From Antechinus flavipes (Eukaryota), in NCBI RefSeq assembly GCF_016432865.1, contig NC_067400.1, positions 245,954,001 through 246,018,000 on the forward strand: a DNA stretch of 64,000 nucleotides, written 5' to 3'. This document shows positions 36,700-50,990 of this stretch, piece after piece (the stretch's first letter is position 1; each line of letters begins with the position of its first letter). Position numbers and translations under genes: made by a program. Under the pieces are notes generated by a model that was given only the letters and a program-made list of their open reading frames with translations, was not told the DNA's origin and ran no database searches.

Positions 36700-38150
36700 T
36701 TGGGGTCTAGAATGTATTTAGGGCAGACTTATATCTCTGGTGTGAGGGCTAACAAGCTCTTTTCAGGGATGCTTTCTCCCTTTGATTCACTTGATTCACT
36801 CAACTCTCATCACCCAAGAGGATCCAAATGGCATTCAAAAACTTCTTTAACTGGAAATTTGGCTAAAGATGATGGACTTTAACCTGAGATCTATAGTTTA
36901 TGACTCTAAAACTCATTGATGATAGTCTGCTAAGAACATGGTATAAGGGTTCAGCCCAGTTCTCCAGGATCATTTCTTTCTCACTAATCATTGTGACTCC
37001 ATCAACAGTGAGTAGTCTAAGTGAATTATAAGTCTTTGGTCCACAAAGAGCATTCAGGACTTCATAAATTTGAATTATTATTATTAGAGTAAAACTAAAT
37101 TTTATCTACCTTCTTACTGAATCAAGAATCCTGCATTTCTCTTTGCTTTACTTATACTACAGAGACAAATGAACTATCCTGCTATAAATCCTGTGGAGTT
37201 CTCATTTTTCATTTACCAGCTTCTTAATTTTTTGTCAAACTAATCTTAGTGTTTACTAATGTGCTGGTACATATGAGTAAATATAATTATATATATCAAA
37301 TCGTGAAAGGTGCCCACTCCTTTTTTGCTTTCTGTTGACAACCATGTTGTTGGTTTAGCTTTCTCTCCAAGTTAGCCATGAACTGTAGATGCTAGGAAAG
37401 GTGCTCTAATCTACTGACATTGAGTCTTCTTGTAGATTTCTTACTTTAGGACTATAGATTTTGTTGAATGTCAATATCTTGGAGAAAATAAGTCTATGAT
37501 CACATATCACTCTCATTACTTTTTCATCCTATCTGTCTCTTCTTACTGTGACACTGTCTATTAAGTGCAATGTTTGCTACTTGGGCACATCCATGAAATT
37601 TTATTGCATTTAGGGAAATGGAAGAGTGTTGATGATGAAGTCATGAGATGCACAAGTCTTCAGTAGTAAATGACCAGTTGCTATTTCCAACAGTATTCCT
37701 CCCAAAGACTCACTGCCATATATGGTAGTCTGTCTACTTTTACATTAATGTCAACCTGGAATTATAAGTTGGTTTCTTTTTGCAATTGATAATTAGGGTC
37801 TTAAGACCTTCATAAAGTTTTTTCTTTAATTTCATCAGGGTTCATCATGGTGGGAGTACATGTACTAATGATGGTGTCATTGTGCTTTTCTGCAAGTGGC
37901 AATCACATTACCATGACCCTATTGTTCACTCCTTTTTGTAAGTATACACATTTATTGGCTAGATTAATTTTTATTATAAAACCTAAACCAGCTTTTTGGT
38001 ATGGCCATTTCAGAAAAATATGTATTTAGCTCTTAATCTTCTCTTGCCAGCTTTCTTTTACTCAGACCTATTATATGGATGTAAAACCTGCCAAATTCCT
38101 TGCAACAAGAGCTGTTCATCTTTCAGGCCTACATCTTTCAGTATTTCATG
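36700..38150 (-). mobile_element. RTE LINE fragment (EN/linker)
   Basis: Reverse strand gives tgggctgaacccttataccatgttct (RWAEHF..VL-like) and EN-type motifs. Confidence 0.6.
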
Positions 38151-38699
38151 TGGTTCATAAGCAAATTCCATGTATTGATGATGTGAAGCAATTTTTAGGG
38201 TACATTTACAAGCTCCTTCCTCTCTGTAGTAGGTGAGTCATGCAGTCTTGCAAAAAGTTTTCTTAAACACCCATGGCGCTGCTGAATCCCACTGCTGCTT
38301 CAGTTCAGTGAGAAGATGGCCCTATGACCTGGACTGTATTGATGAATACAATTTTCAGGTAGCTGTACCTGCTGCTTTGTCATTTGCCTGTTACCACAGG
38401 ACTTTGAGGTAAGTAAAAATAGTACAATAGCATAAATGATGTCTTTTTATTTGCTCATAAATTGGATATAAGTGAGGTAGAGCTGCACAAAGTCATTTTT
38501 TATTCCAGTCAACAAATTCCAGTGACAAGACAAAACTCAACCTCTAAGTGTTCCACAATGTTTGCTTCAGCTGCTTTCATAGCCATTAAGAATAAATTTT
38601 TCTCAAACCCCATTCTGCCAGGGGAAATCTTGGGTTATACATTATTTTTATTCACTGAAGGATTTGAGACCCATCAGTTATTCTCAATCTAGTTTAGCC

Positions 38700-38885
38700 T
38701 GTCTTTAGAAATGATTTACTGGAGAATGGCTTTTGATAATGTTAATCATAAGAACTTGTAGGAGATTATGGCAAAATTTGGGTACCTGGAGAAATTGTTC
38801 AGTATAGTATGTCATTTTCAGGATGGCATGCTTGCATGGATTCTGGATAATGAATGATACTCTTGCTATGTGTTTACTCCCATGC
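38700..38885 (+). mobile_element. RTE RT fragment
   Basis: gcttttgataatgtt...attatggcaaaatttggg...gatggcatgcttgca corresponds to AFD.V...IMAKFG.P...DGMLA. Confidence 0.65.
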
Positions 38886-39125
38886 ATTTTTAGGGTAATG
38901 TCAGCAATTTTTTCAGAGTTTTTCAATGAGGAGGAAAACATTATTGAGGTCAGCTACTGCATGTAGGATAAATTATTTAACTTGAAAAGGCTATTATCCA
39001 AGACTACTAACCAAGAGCTAAGAAAAACTATTGAACATAGCTAGTTAAAGAAGAGAAGAGAAGGGGGGGGGAGAATCCAATATGAAAGCTATGAGCCAAA
39101 TTAAAAGAGCCTACACATCACCTTT

Positions 39126-39985
39126 TTTTTTTTTTTGACAATTGCAAAACCTTTTATTCCAATTTTTCCCCTCCTTCCCCTTTCTCCCTCCCCAAGATGG
39201 CAGGTAGACCAATACATGGTAAATATGTTAAAGTATATGTTAAATACAATATATGTATACATATCCATATAGTTATTTTGCTGCACAAGAAGAATGGGAC
39301 TTTGAAATAATGTACACTTAACCTGTGAAGGAAATAAAAAATGCAGGCAGACAAAAATAGAGGGATTGGAAATGCTAGTAGTGGTTCACCCTCATTTCTC
39401 AGAGTTCTTTCACTGGGGGTAGCTGGTTCTATTAATTATTGAACAAATGGAACTGCTTTGGTTCATCTCATTGTTGAAGAGAGCCACATCCATCAGAATA
39501 TGTCCTCATACAGTATCATTGTTGAAGTATATAATGATCTCTTGGTCCTGCTCATTTCACTCAGCATCAATTCATGTAAACCTCTCCAGCCTTTCTGAAA
39601 TCCTTCTCCTGGTCATTAATTACAGAACAATAATATTCCACAACATTCATATACCACAATTTATTCAGCTATTCTCCAACTTATGGGCATCCACTCAGTT
39701 TCCAGTTTCTGGCCACTACAAAGAAGGCTGCCACAAACATTTTTGCACATACAGGTCCCTTTCCCTTCTTTAAGATCTCTTTGGGATATAAGACCGGTAG
39801 TAACACTGCTGGATCAAAGGATATGCACACTTTGATAACTTTTTAAGCATAGTTCCAAATCACTCTCCAAAATGGCTGGATGTATTCACAATTCCACCAA
39901 CAATGTATCAGTCTCCCAGTTTTCCCACATCCCCTCCAACATTCAGCATCATCTTTTCCTGTCATCCTAGCTAATCTGACAAGTG
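39126..39985 (-). mobile_element. 5'-truncated L1 with TSD, nested in older L1 ORF1 (about 38985-40520, +)
   Basis: Poly(T) at the left end; TSD CTACACATCACCTTT at 39111-39125 and 39986-40000. Confidence 0.9.
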
Positions 39986-40530
39986 CTACACATCACCTTT
40001 CAAGAAATTTTCAAGGAAAACTATCCTAATATTCTAGAATCAGAAGGTAGAATAGAAATCGAAAGAATCCACCAATCACATTTTGAAAAAAATCCCAAAT
40101 GAAAAGTCCCAAGATTATTATAGTCAAATTCCAGAGCTCTCAGGTCAAAAAGAAAATATTGCAGGCAGCCATTAAAAAAGCACACTGAGTCATATTAAGA
40201 ACAACAGAAGATTTAGAAGATTCTATATTAAAGGATCAGAAGGCTTGAAACATGATATTCCAAAAGACAAAAGAGCTAAGATTTACAACTAAGAATCATG
40301 TCCACTGCAAAACTGAGTATAATTCTTCAGAGATAAAAATGGAAATTCAATGAAATAGAAGACTTTCAAGCATTCCTGATAAAAAGACTAGAGCTGAAAA
40401 GAAAATTTGACTTTCAAATGCAATACTCAAGAGAAATATAAAAAGACAAACAGGAAATTATAAGGGACTTGAAACATTACACTCCCACATGGAAAGATGA
40501 TATTTGTAACTCATAAGAATTTTTTCACAA

Positions 40531-43500
40531 GGGTAGAGCCAAGATGGCAGAGTACAATCCTCACAACAATTACCTTTGAATTAGCTCTGGAGCAGCAGAA
40601 TCCACAAATATTGGGAATGCAACCAATTATCAGAAGATAATTTCAAAGATTGCCAGAAAAGGTCCTTTTCAATTGGTAACAGGAGAGAGACAGCCAGCAC
40701 AGACAGCACAGAGCCCTGGGGCAGTGCGGTCTCAGCATAGTGGTGTGAACTCCACCAGGCAGAGAAGCTGCAGGAGGAAACAGACCACAAAATGTCTGTT
40801 TCAATCAGAAGCAGGAGGGGGGCAGCCTAACATAAACATTTGAACACAAACCCTACTGAACACAGTGCAGATCCTCTAGGTATTGCTAACTCCCCCAACA
40901 TTGCATACACCACATGGCAGAGAATCTCTAAAGGGAGGAATCTATAGGAATCTACAGCAGTGTTGGCCACTCTACCGTTATAAGCCAGTAGATCAGCAGC
41001 AAAGTTATAAAATATCCAACACAAACATAAAAGATCAATAGTGAACCCCAAAACTCCAGAATATCATGGATTCTGGCCACACCCATACAACATTGGGAGT
41101 GAATCAGCACTGACCCAGCACAGCTTCAGCTGCTTAGAAAACCTCCCCTGCCCTAAAGGCAAACCTTAACTTCAAAAATGAGTAAAAAAAAGTAAAGAGG
41201 ACTCTAACAATTGACAGCTTTTATGGAGAAAGAGAAGAACAGATTTCAAACCCTGAGGAGATTAAAGACAGATTATCTCCAGATGAAGTGCCCAAAGTCG
41301 ATATAACTTGATCCCCATCACACAAGGCTCTCCTAGAAGAAATTTAAAAGGATTTTAAAAGAGAGCCAGAAGAAAAATGAGGAAAGGAAATGAAAAATTT
41401 GCAAGAGGGTCTGGAAAAGGCAACATAGAAACTATCTGAAGAAAATTCACTACAAAATAGACTTAGTGAAATGGAAAAAGCATATAGCTCATTAAATGAT
41501 AAATTTGATAAAATGGAAAAAGAAAGCAACTCCCAGAAAAACAGAATTTGTGAAATGGAAAAAGAAAATAACTCCTTAAAAAAAAAAAGAATTTGTGAAA
41601 TGGAAAAAAATTCCATAGAACAAAATAAATCATTAAAAATTCAATTGGGCAAATACAAAAAGAAGTTTAAAAAAAAGTAAATGAAGAAAATAACTAACAA
41701 AAATTCAGAATTGAACAAATGGAAATGAATGACTTAATAAGACAACAAAAATCAGTCAAGCAAAAGCAAAAAAGAAAAAAGAAAAGAAAAGAAAAAATAG
41801 AAAAAAAAAAAAGTAAAATACCTAATTGGGAAAACACCCAACCTGGAAATAGATCTAGGAGAGACAATCTGAGAATTATTGGACTCCCTGAAATACATGA
41901 TGAAAAGAAGATCCTAGACACTATCTTTCAGGAAATCATCAAAGAGAACTGTTTAGTTATCATGCAAACAGAAGGTAAAATGACTTTTAAAAGAATTCAC
42001 CAAACACCTCCTGAAAGAGACTCCAAAATTAAAACCCGAGGGAGTATCATGGCTAAATTTGACAACTATCGGACCAAAGAAAAAGCAGCTAGAAAGAAAC
42101 AATTCAAATATCAAGGAGTCACAATAAGGATTACTAAGAAGCTAGCAGCTTCCATTTTAAAGGATTGAAGGGTCTGGAATCTAATAGTCTGAAAGGTGAA
42201 GGAACTTTGATTGCAGCCAAAAATAAATTACCCTGCAAAATTGAGCATTTTCTTTCAAGGAAGAAGATAGATATTCAATGAAACTGGTGAATTTCATCTA
42301 TTTTTGACAAAAAGACCATAGCTAAACAACAAAAAAAATTGACCTTCAAATATAGAACTCAAGAGAAGCATAAAAAGATAGAAAGAAAAAAAAAACTCTT
42401 GAGAACTGTATTGCTATTATGAGTATACATTGAGAATACATGTATAATCTAATTTTACTGTTATCATATAAAAAAGAAACTAGAGAAGGAAAGAAGATTG
42501 TAACAGAAAAAAAGGGAAAAGTGGAGGTAAAATGAGGGAAATTACATCTCAGGAAGAGATAAAGAAAACATATTATAATTGAGGGAAAGAAAGGAGGGTG
42601 GTGAATATTGTGTAAATCTTACTCTCATCAGATTTGGCCCAAAGAAAGAATATTAGATATATTTGGTTTCACCGAGAAACATCTCTCATCTTATAGAAAA
42701 GTGGGAGGGGAAAAAGGAAAAGGAAAAGAGTAGGCTAAATAGAAGGGAAAAGAGAAATAATAGGGGAAAGGTATAATATAGGAGAAGTGTCTCTAAAAGG
42801 AAAGGACTGCTTGAGGCAAGTAGTGCTCATAAGCAATATACTTGGGAGGAAGGAAAGGGGAAAAGAAAAGAGAAAAGTATAATTTGGGGTTAATAAGATA
42901 ACAGGAAATACAGAATTAGTAGTTTTAATTGCAAATGTGAATGGGGTGAACTCTCCCATAAAATGTAAGCGGATAGCAAACTGTATTAAAAGACAGACTC
43001 CTACTAATATGTTGTTTATAAGAAACACATTTAAAGCAGAGCGATACACAGTAAAAGGCTAGTGTAGAATCTATTATGCTTCAGGTGAAGTCAAAAACAA
43101 ACAAACAAACAAACAAACAAACAAACAAACAAGCAGAGGTAGCCATCCTCATCTCAGATCAAGCAAAAGCAAAAATTGATTTGATTAAAAGAGATAAAGA
43201 AGGAAACTATTATCTCCTATAAGGTACCATAGATAATGAAGCAGTATCAATATCAAACATATATGCATCAAATGGTGTAACATCTAAATTCCTAGAGAAG
43301 TTAAGAGAGTTGTGAAAAGAAATACACAGCAAAACTATAATAGTGGGAGATTTCAACCTTGCTCTTTGAGAACTAGATAAATCAAACCACAAAATAAATA
43401 AGAAAGAAGTTAAAGAGGTAAATAGAACACTAGAAAAACTAGATATGATATATATTTAGAGAAAGAAAGGAATATGTTTTCTTCTCAGCAGTTCATGGAA

Positions 43501-46075
43501 CCTATACAAAAAATGACCATATATTAGGACATAAAGACCTCAAAATCAAATGCAGAAAGGCAGAAATAGTAAATGCATTTTTCTCAGATCATGATGCAAT
43601 AAAAATTACATTCAACAAAGGGCCAGGGAAAAAATAGACCAAAAAGAAATTGGAAACTAAATAATCTCATCCTAAAGAATGAATGAGTAAAACAGCAAAT
43701 CATAGACACAATCAATAATTTCATCCAAGAGAATGACAATAATGAGACAACATACCAAAATTTTGGGGATGCAGCCAAAGCAGTAATAAGGAGAAATTTT
43801 ATATCTCTAGAGGCTTGCATAAAATAGAGAAAGAGAAGATCAATAAATTGGGCTTGCAACTAAAAAAGCTAGGAAAAAAACAAATAAAAAACCCCCAAAC
43901 AAATACCAAACTTGAAATTCTAAAAATAAAAGGAGAGGTTAATAAAATTGAAGCTAAAAACAAATGTTGAATTAATAAATAAAACTAAGAATTGATTTTA
44001 TGAAAAAAAACAACAAAATAGATAAACCTTTAGTTAATCTAATTAGAAAAAGGAAAGAGGAAAATCAAATTGTTAGTCTCAAAAATGAATAGGGAGAATT
44101 ATCCACCAATGAAGAGAAAAATAGAGCAATTATCAGGAGTTACTTTGCCTAACTTTATGCCAATAAATTTGACAATGTAAGTGAAATGGAGGAATACCTA
44201 CAAAAATACAGATTACCCAGATTAACAGAAGAGGAAATAAATTACTTATATAGTCCCATTTTAGAAAAAGAATAGAACAAGCAATTAATCAACTATCTAA
44301 GAAAAAATCCCCAGGACCAGATGGATTTACATGTGAATGCTACCAACCATTTAAAGGACAATTAACTCCAATGCTATATAAATTATTTGAAAACATAGAG
44401 AATGAAGGTCTATCAAATTCCTTTTATGACACAGACATGGCACTGATACTTAAACCAAGTAGGAGGAGAACATAGAAAGAAAATTATAGAGCAATCTCCC
44501 TAGTGAATATAAATGCAAAAATCTTAAACAAAATATTAGCAAAGAGATTACACATAATCATCCCCAGGATAATATAACATGACCAAGTAAGATTTATACC
44601 AGGAATGCAGAGTTGGTTCAATATTAGGAAAACCATTATATATCAATAACCAAATAAACAAAAAAAAAACCACATGCTTATCTCAATAGATGCAAAAAAA
44701 TAAAGCATTTGATAAAATCCAACACCCATTCCTATTAAAAACACTAGAGAGTATAAGAATAAATGGACTTTTCCTTAAAATAGTCAATAGGATCTGTATT
44801 CCTGGTATAAATCCTACTTGGTCATGGCATATTAGAAGAACTAGAGATCATTATTGATCATAAAATAGAAAATTTTGATTATATTAATTTAAAAAATTGC
44901 ACAAACAAAACTAGCACAGACAAGATTAGAAGGGAAGCAATAAACTGGGAAAACATTTTCACATCCAAAGGATCTGATAAAGGTCTCATTTCCAAAATAT
45001 ATAGAGAATTGACTCAAATGTATAAAAAATCAAGCATTCTCCAATTGATAAGTGGTCAAAGAATATGAACAGACAATTTTCAGATGAAGAAATTGAAACT
45101 ATTTGTAGCCACATGAAAAGATGTTCCAAATCACTATTGATCAGAGAAATGCAAATTAAGACAACTCTGAGATATCATTACACCCCGTCTGATTGAATAA
45201 GATGACAGGAAAAGATAATGATGAATGTTAGAGAAGATGTGGGAAAACTGTATTGCTGATGCATTGTTGGTGGCACTATGAACAGATCCAACCATTCTGG
45301 AGAGCAATTGGGAACTATGTTCAAAAAGTTTTCAAACTGTGCAGACCCTTTGATTCAGCAGTGTTTCTACTGGGATTATATCTCAAAGAGAGGGGACCCA
45401 CATGTGAAAAAAATGTTTGTGAAAGCCCTCTTTGTAGTGGCAAGAAAATGGAAACTGAGTGGATGCCCATTAGTTGAAATATAGCTGAATAAATTATGGT
45501 ATATAAATGCTATGGAATACTATTGTTCTGTAAGAAATGACCAGCAGGCTGATTTCAGAGAGACCTGGAGAGACTTACATAAACTGATACCAAGTGAGAT
45601 GAGCAGAATCAGGAGATCATTGTACACAGCAACAACAGGACTGTGCCACTATTAATTATGATGGATGTGGCTCTCTTCAATATTGAGATGATTCAAACCA
45701 GTTCCACTTTTGCAGTGATGAAGAGAGCCATCTGCACCCAGACAGAGAACTGTAGGAACAGAAAGTGGAATACAACATAGCATTCTCATTCTCTCTGTTA
45801 TTATTATTTGCTTGCATTATGATTTCTTTCTCAGTTTTTCTTTTTCTTCTTTCTTGATTTGTTTCTTCTTGAGCCACACATAACTGTATAAACATGTATA
45901 CACATATTGGATCTAACATGTATTTCAACATATTTAACATGCATTGGACTACCTGTCAGCTAAGGGATGGGGTGGGGAGGAGGGGAAAATTTGCAACAAA
46001 AGGTTATACAAGGGTCAATGTTGAAAAAATTATGCATGCATATGCTTTGTAAATAAAAAGCTTTTAAAAAAAGTA
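40531..46075 (+). mobile_element. Near full-length degenerate L1 with internal RT deletion
   Basis: gagccaagatggcag 5' end; ORF1 relic (41719-42168, NRSRRDNLRIIGLPE); ORF2 EN from about 42930; 3'UTR ending gtaaataaaaagc. Confidence 0.9.
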
Positions 46076-46379
46076 ATGAACATAGTTCCTGGATCTTATA
46101 AGAGCTTAATAAATGTTTCTTGATTGAGTGATGAAAGACTGCTATTTAATATTCAACCATTTCTGGTTAAAACAAGAAAAGGGTTAAATTGCCATGGTTT
46201 TCTCATGCTTTTTGGCATGAACCTTTTCCCATTTTGAGGTGACATTTACATGAATCTGGAATGAGAACATGTTTTTATTTTATTCAATATAATATTTTGT
46301 ATAATTCAGTATTTTATTTTTCTTCAATTACATGTAAAATAATTAAAAATTTTTTAATTAAAAAAAGAATTTTTTTCCA

Positions 46380-49330
46380 TTATTATGGCAGTTAGAAGTA
46401 TATATAGACAGAAAACATAGGTGTGAATTGAATAGGATGGGATGGCATCTAAAACAAATAAAATTAAGGGTTGAAAGGGCAAAGGAGAAGTAGAATGGGG
46501 TAAATTATGTCACAAAAAAGAGGCAAAAAGGAGTTTTTATAGTTGGGGTGAAGATGGATAAGTTTGCAGGGAATGTTTCAATTTTACTCTTGAAAGAATT
46601 GTCTCAAAGAGGGAATAACACACACTGAATTATGTATCAATAATCAAAGAAGCAGCAGTGAAGAAGCAAAAACCATTGAAGAAGAAATCACAAGCAAAAC
46701 ACTTTTAAGAAGGGACAGAGTGAAAGGAGAGAGAGCTACTATTTAATATCTATAAGATTGGATTAATAGTACAGAAAAAGGAAATAAAAATGTTGGAGGG
46801 GGGGTAGAGAAATTGCTTTGTTGGAAGAGTTGTGAACTGATCCAATAATTCCATAGTGCAATTAGGAATTATTCCCAAAGGGCTATAAAATCATGCTTAG
46901 GGTTAGGGTTAGAGTCAGAAACTCTCTTTTTTAAAAAAAATTTTCCCCTCCCTCCTTTCACCCCCTCCCCTAGATGGCAAGCAGTCCTTTACATGTTAAA
47001 TAGGTTACCGTATATCCTAAGTACAATATATGTGTGCAGAAACGAACAGTTCTCTTGTTGCACAGGGAGAATTGGATTCAGAAGGTATAAATAACCGGGG
47101 AAGAAAAACAAAAATGCAAACGGTTTATATTCATTTTCTAGTGTTCTTTCTTTGGGTGTAGCTGCTTTTGTCCATCCTTAATCAATTGAAACTGAATTAG
47201 ATCTCTTTATCGAAGAGATCCACTTCCATCAGAATACATCCTGATACAGTATCGTTGTTGAGGTATATAATGATTTCCTGGTTCTGCTCATTTCACTTAG
47301 CATCAGTAAAGTCAGAGACTCTCAAAATAAAAACACAAAAGGAAAAAGGATTTACATGTACAAAAATACTTATAGCTTCTTTTATGGTGGCAAATAATTG
47401 GAAATTGAGAAGATGTCCATGAATTAGAATAAATTGTTGTATATGATTATGATGGAATACTATTGCGCTATAAGAAATGATGACTAGGATGCTCTCAGAA
47501 AAAACTGGAAAAACTTACATGAGCTGATACAAACTAAAATGTACTATGTATAAAATAAAGCAATGTTATAAGATGATCAGCTGTGAATGACAGCAATTCT
47601 CCGCAACATGATTCAATACAACTCTGAAGGACTTATGATGAAAAATGCTATCCATTCTCAGAAAAAAGAACTGATGGTTTCTGAATATAGATTGAAGCAT
47701 ACTTTTTTGCTCTATTTTTCTTAAGGTTTTTTGATCTATGTTTATTTCAAGTCACTATTAACATGTAAATGTTTTGCTTGACTATACCTGAATAGCCTTA
47801 TCAAATTGCTTGTTTTTTTTTTTTAAATTTAGGGGTAGAGAGAAGAAGGGAGAGAATTTAGAACTCAAAGTTTTGAAAATGAATATTAAAATTTGTTTTT
47901 ACATGTAACTAGACAAAAATAAAATGCCAAATGAATTAAAAAATAAAATTAAATAATTTTAGGCAATATAAATGAAATTATGTGCATTAAAAATGCACAT
48001 AGAGAACATGAGCATGAGTTGACTATGATAGGATGATAAACAAATACAATTAAGAGGTGGGAAAGAGGGATGATTATGATTTGATGATATTTTTAAAAAA
48101 TAGAATTAAGGAATATGAAAGAGGGATGCACTAGAAGAAGGCTGAAGGGATAGAATGTGTCAAATTATTCACATAAAAGAAGTACAAAAGGAAGGGGAGG
48201 GAGACTGATAGAAGGGAGGGAAAATTAGGAGAGGTAGTGGTCAGAAGCAAAATACTTTTGAAAAGAAACAGAGTAAAAGGAGAGAGAAGGATAGATAGAG
48301 AGAAAATAGGATGGATAGAAATACACAGTAATCATAACTGAAAAAAAAATTACGAGTTCTCTGAGAAAGGCCTCCTTTCTCAAATATATAGAAAACAGAA
48401 TCAAATTTATATGATTACAAATCATTCCCCAATTGAAAAAATCAAAGGATTTGAATAGACAATTTTCAGATGAATGACATTGAAAAAATGATCTAAATCA
48501 CTATTGATTAGAGAAATGGAAATTAGAACAACTCTGAAATATCATCTTACACTTACCTGATTGGCTAACATCACAGAAAAGGAAAATGACAAATGTTGGG
48601 AGGGATGTAAGAAAATCGGAATACTAAAGTATTGTTGATGGAGTTGTGAACTGATCCAATCATGCTGGAGAGCAATTTGGAGCTATGGGTAAATGGCTAT
48701 AAAACTGTGATATCCTTTGACCCAGAAATAGCACTATTAGTCTTTATCCCTAAAAGATCACAGATAAAACAAAAAGATCTAAATGTACAAAAACATTTAG
48801 AGCAGCTGTTTTCATGGTGGCAAAGAATTGAAAATTGAGGACATGTTCATCAATAGAGGAATGGTTAAACAAATGTGGTTTAAGATTGTGATGGAATGCT
48901 ATCTTAATATCAGAAATGATGAGCAGGATGCATGGAAAGACTGACATGAACTAATGCAAAGTTAAGTAAATAAAAGCAGTAGTCACAGCAATATTATATA
49001 TGATCATCTGTAAATGACTTAACTATTCTCAGTAATATAATGATCCAAGACAATTTCAAAGGATTTTTGACAAAAAAAAATGCTATCTTCCTTCAGAGAA
49101 AGTAATGGAGTATGAATGCAGACCAGAGCATACTTTTTAAAAACTATTTTTTCTTGGGATTTTATCTAAATTTTCTTTTGTAAATGACTAATTTGGAAAT
49201 ATGTTTTACATGATTACATCCATGAAATAACCTATTTCAAATTGCTTGTCTTTTTTTATTGTACTGTTATTAAAATATTTGTTTAATTATATAATTTTTT
49301 AAAAATAAAATACTTAAAGTAAAAAAAAAT
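46380..49330 (+). mobile_element. Mosaic of older L1 fragments with nested young L1 3' end (46927-47309, -)
   Basis: Spacer, ORF2-end and 3'UTR pieces; nested copy has TSD AGTCAGA(A/G)ACTCTC at 46913-46926 and 47310-47323. Confidence 0.75.
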
Positions 49331-49344
49331 TAAAAAGAAGTAAA

Positions 49345-50990
49345 TGGTGATTTACACTGTTAAATGCTGCAGAGAAGCCAAGAAGGATAAGAACTGAAAA
49401 AAAAATTAGCTTATGCAATTAAGAGGGAGAACTTCCAGATAAAATAATATATGAAAATCTAATTATAAAAAGTTAAGACAATGAGAGGAAAGAAAGTGAA
49501 GGTGTCTAGGGGAGATAGCCTTTTGAAGGAGCTTATCCAAAAAAATTAGGAGAAATATGTGATTGTTAGTGGGAATGGAATGATCAAGTAAGTTTTTTTC
49601 TGTTATTGTTTTTTGAAGTTTTTTTTTTTTTTAAGGTTGGAGGATATATAGGTATATTTGTAAGTAATAGAGAAACAAAGTATGTAGTCAGTACTGAAGT
49701 AATGACCAAAGAAAGAACTGAGGGATAAAGAGATTGGAGGTCACAGTGAGTGTAAAAACAGGTTTAGGGGTTTCAATACAGAGGGAAACATTACATAATA
49801 ACTGACAGCAATCAAAAGGAATTTCAGAGTTCATGAATATAGCAGTGCATTTGTGGTTGACGGCAAAATCAAGGGTAAGAACACCTTTATGCATAGTTGA
49901 GGTGGAGTGAAGGTCATGGGAAATGAGTCATTTGGAGAACTGTGAATTTAGAGTGAGGAGTTATTAATATATAAGATGAAATCCCCTAGCAAAAGAACAG
50001 GAAAAGAAGGTGAGTAAAAATTGTGAGCCATATACTGAATTCACTGAGGAAGGAAGAAGAGGGACTTGGAATTGGATTGACAACAATAATTAGAATCTTA
50101 ATTGGGTGATGAGAAGAGATTGAATGAAACCCAAGGAAAGAGAAGTTATTGAGTGATAATGTTGAAGGAAAAACTTGAAAGTGGCTGTGAGGAGCAAGAA
50201 AAATTCCAAATCCTCAACTTCAGCTGAAATGACTAGGAAAGGAAAAAGACTTAACTTAAAAGTCAATAAATATTTACAAAGCCCAAAGGCCAGAAAGCAC
50301 AGTGGAAGGAGCAGATACCTTTAAAGTAGGCATTTAGGAGTGGGAGAGCCAGGGGAGGAGTCAAGGAAGAGGCCAAAAAGATACTGTGAAGTAGGATTGA
50401 ACCTAGGGTTCAGAATTATTATGATAGAGAGGATATGAGGGGGTGACAGTTTATTAATCAATGCTGAATGAATTTAGAAAGGTTATTATTTCTAATTAAG
50501 GCCCTTGGTAAAATGAGACAATCTTTGTATTTCTCATTAATTATTCCATATATCAGATCAGCTTCTCAGTTTTCTCTTCTCTCAAGTTTCTCATGGTATT
50601 CTCTCTCTCCATCCATCCCCTCAGTTGAGGATCTCTCTTTGTACTTCGCTGAAAAGATTGCAATCACTTTCCTCAAGCTTTCTCTTCTCTACTCCTCTCA
50701 TATCATTCCTGAATATTTCCAATTACTGCAGTATGATAAGACACTTTTTTAATCAAAGCTGATCATTCCGACATGTATCCTTCATTCTATATCCTCCCAT
50801 TTTTCCAGATTTTCTCTACTATCATCATTCTTATCTTTTTCATGTTTCCTTTACTGATGCCTACAAATACACAAATCTTCCCCATTAAAACTAAAACTTT
50901 CACTAGATTCTACTATCTCCCCTATTTTCTTATATGCCTTTCCCCCCTCTGACCTAAACACCTTGAAAAAAACTGTCAAGTTCATGATAA
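49345..50990. mobile_element. L2 fragments (minus about 49345-50420; plus about 50560-50990)
   Basis: aaatgctgcagagaag..aagaaggataagaactgaaaa and ccctcagttgaggatctc...ttcgctgaaaagattg L2 motifs. Confidence 0.6.
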
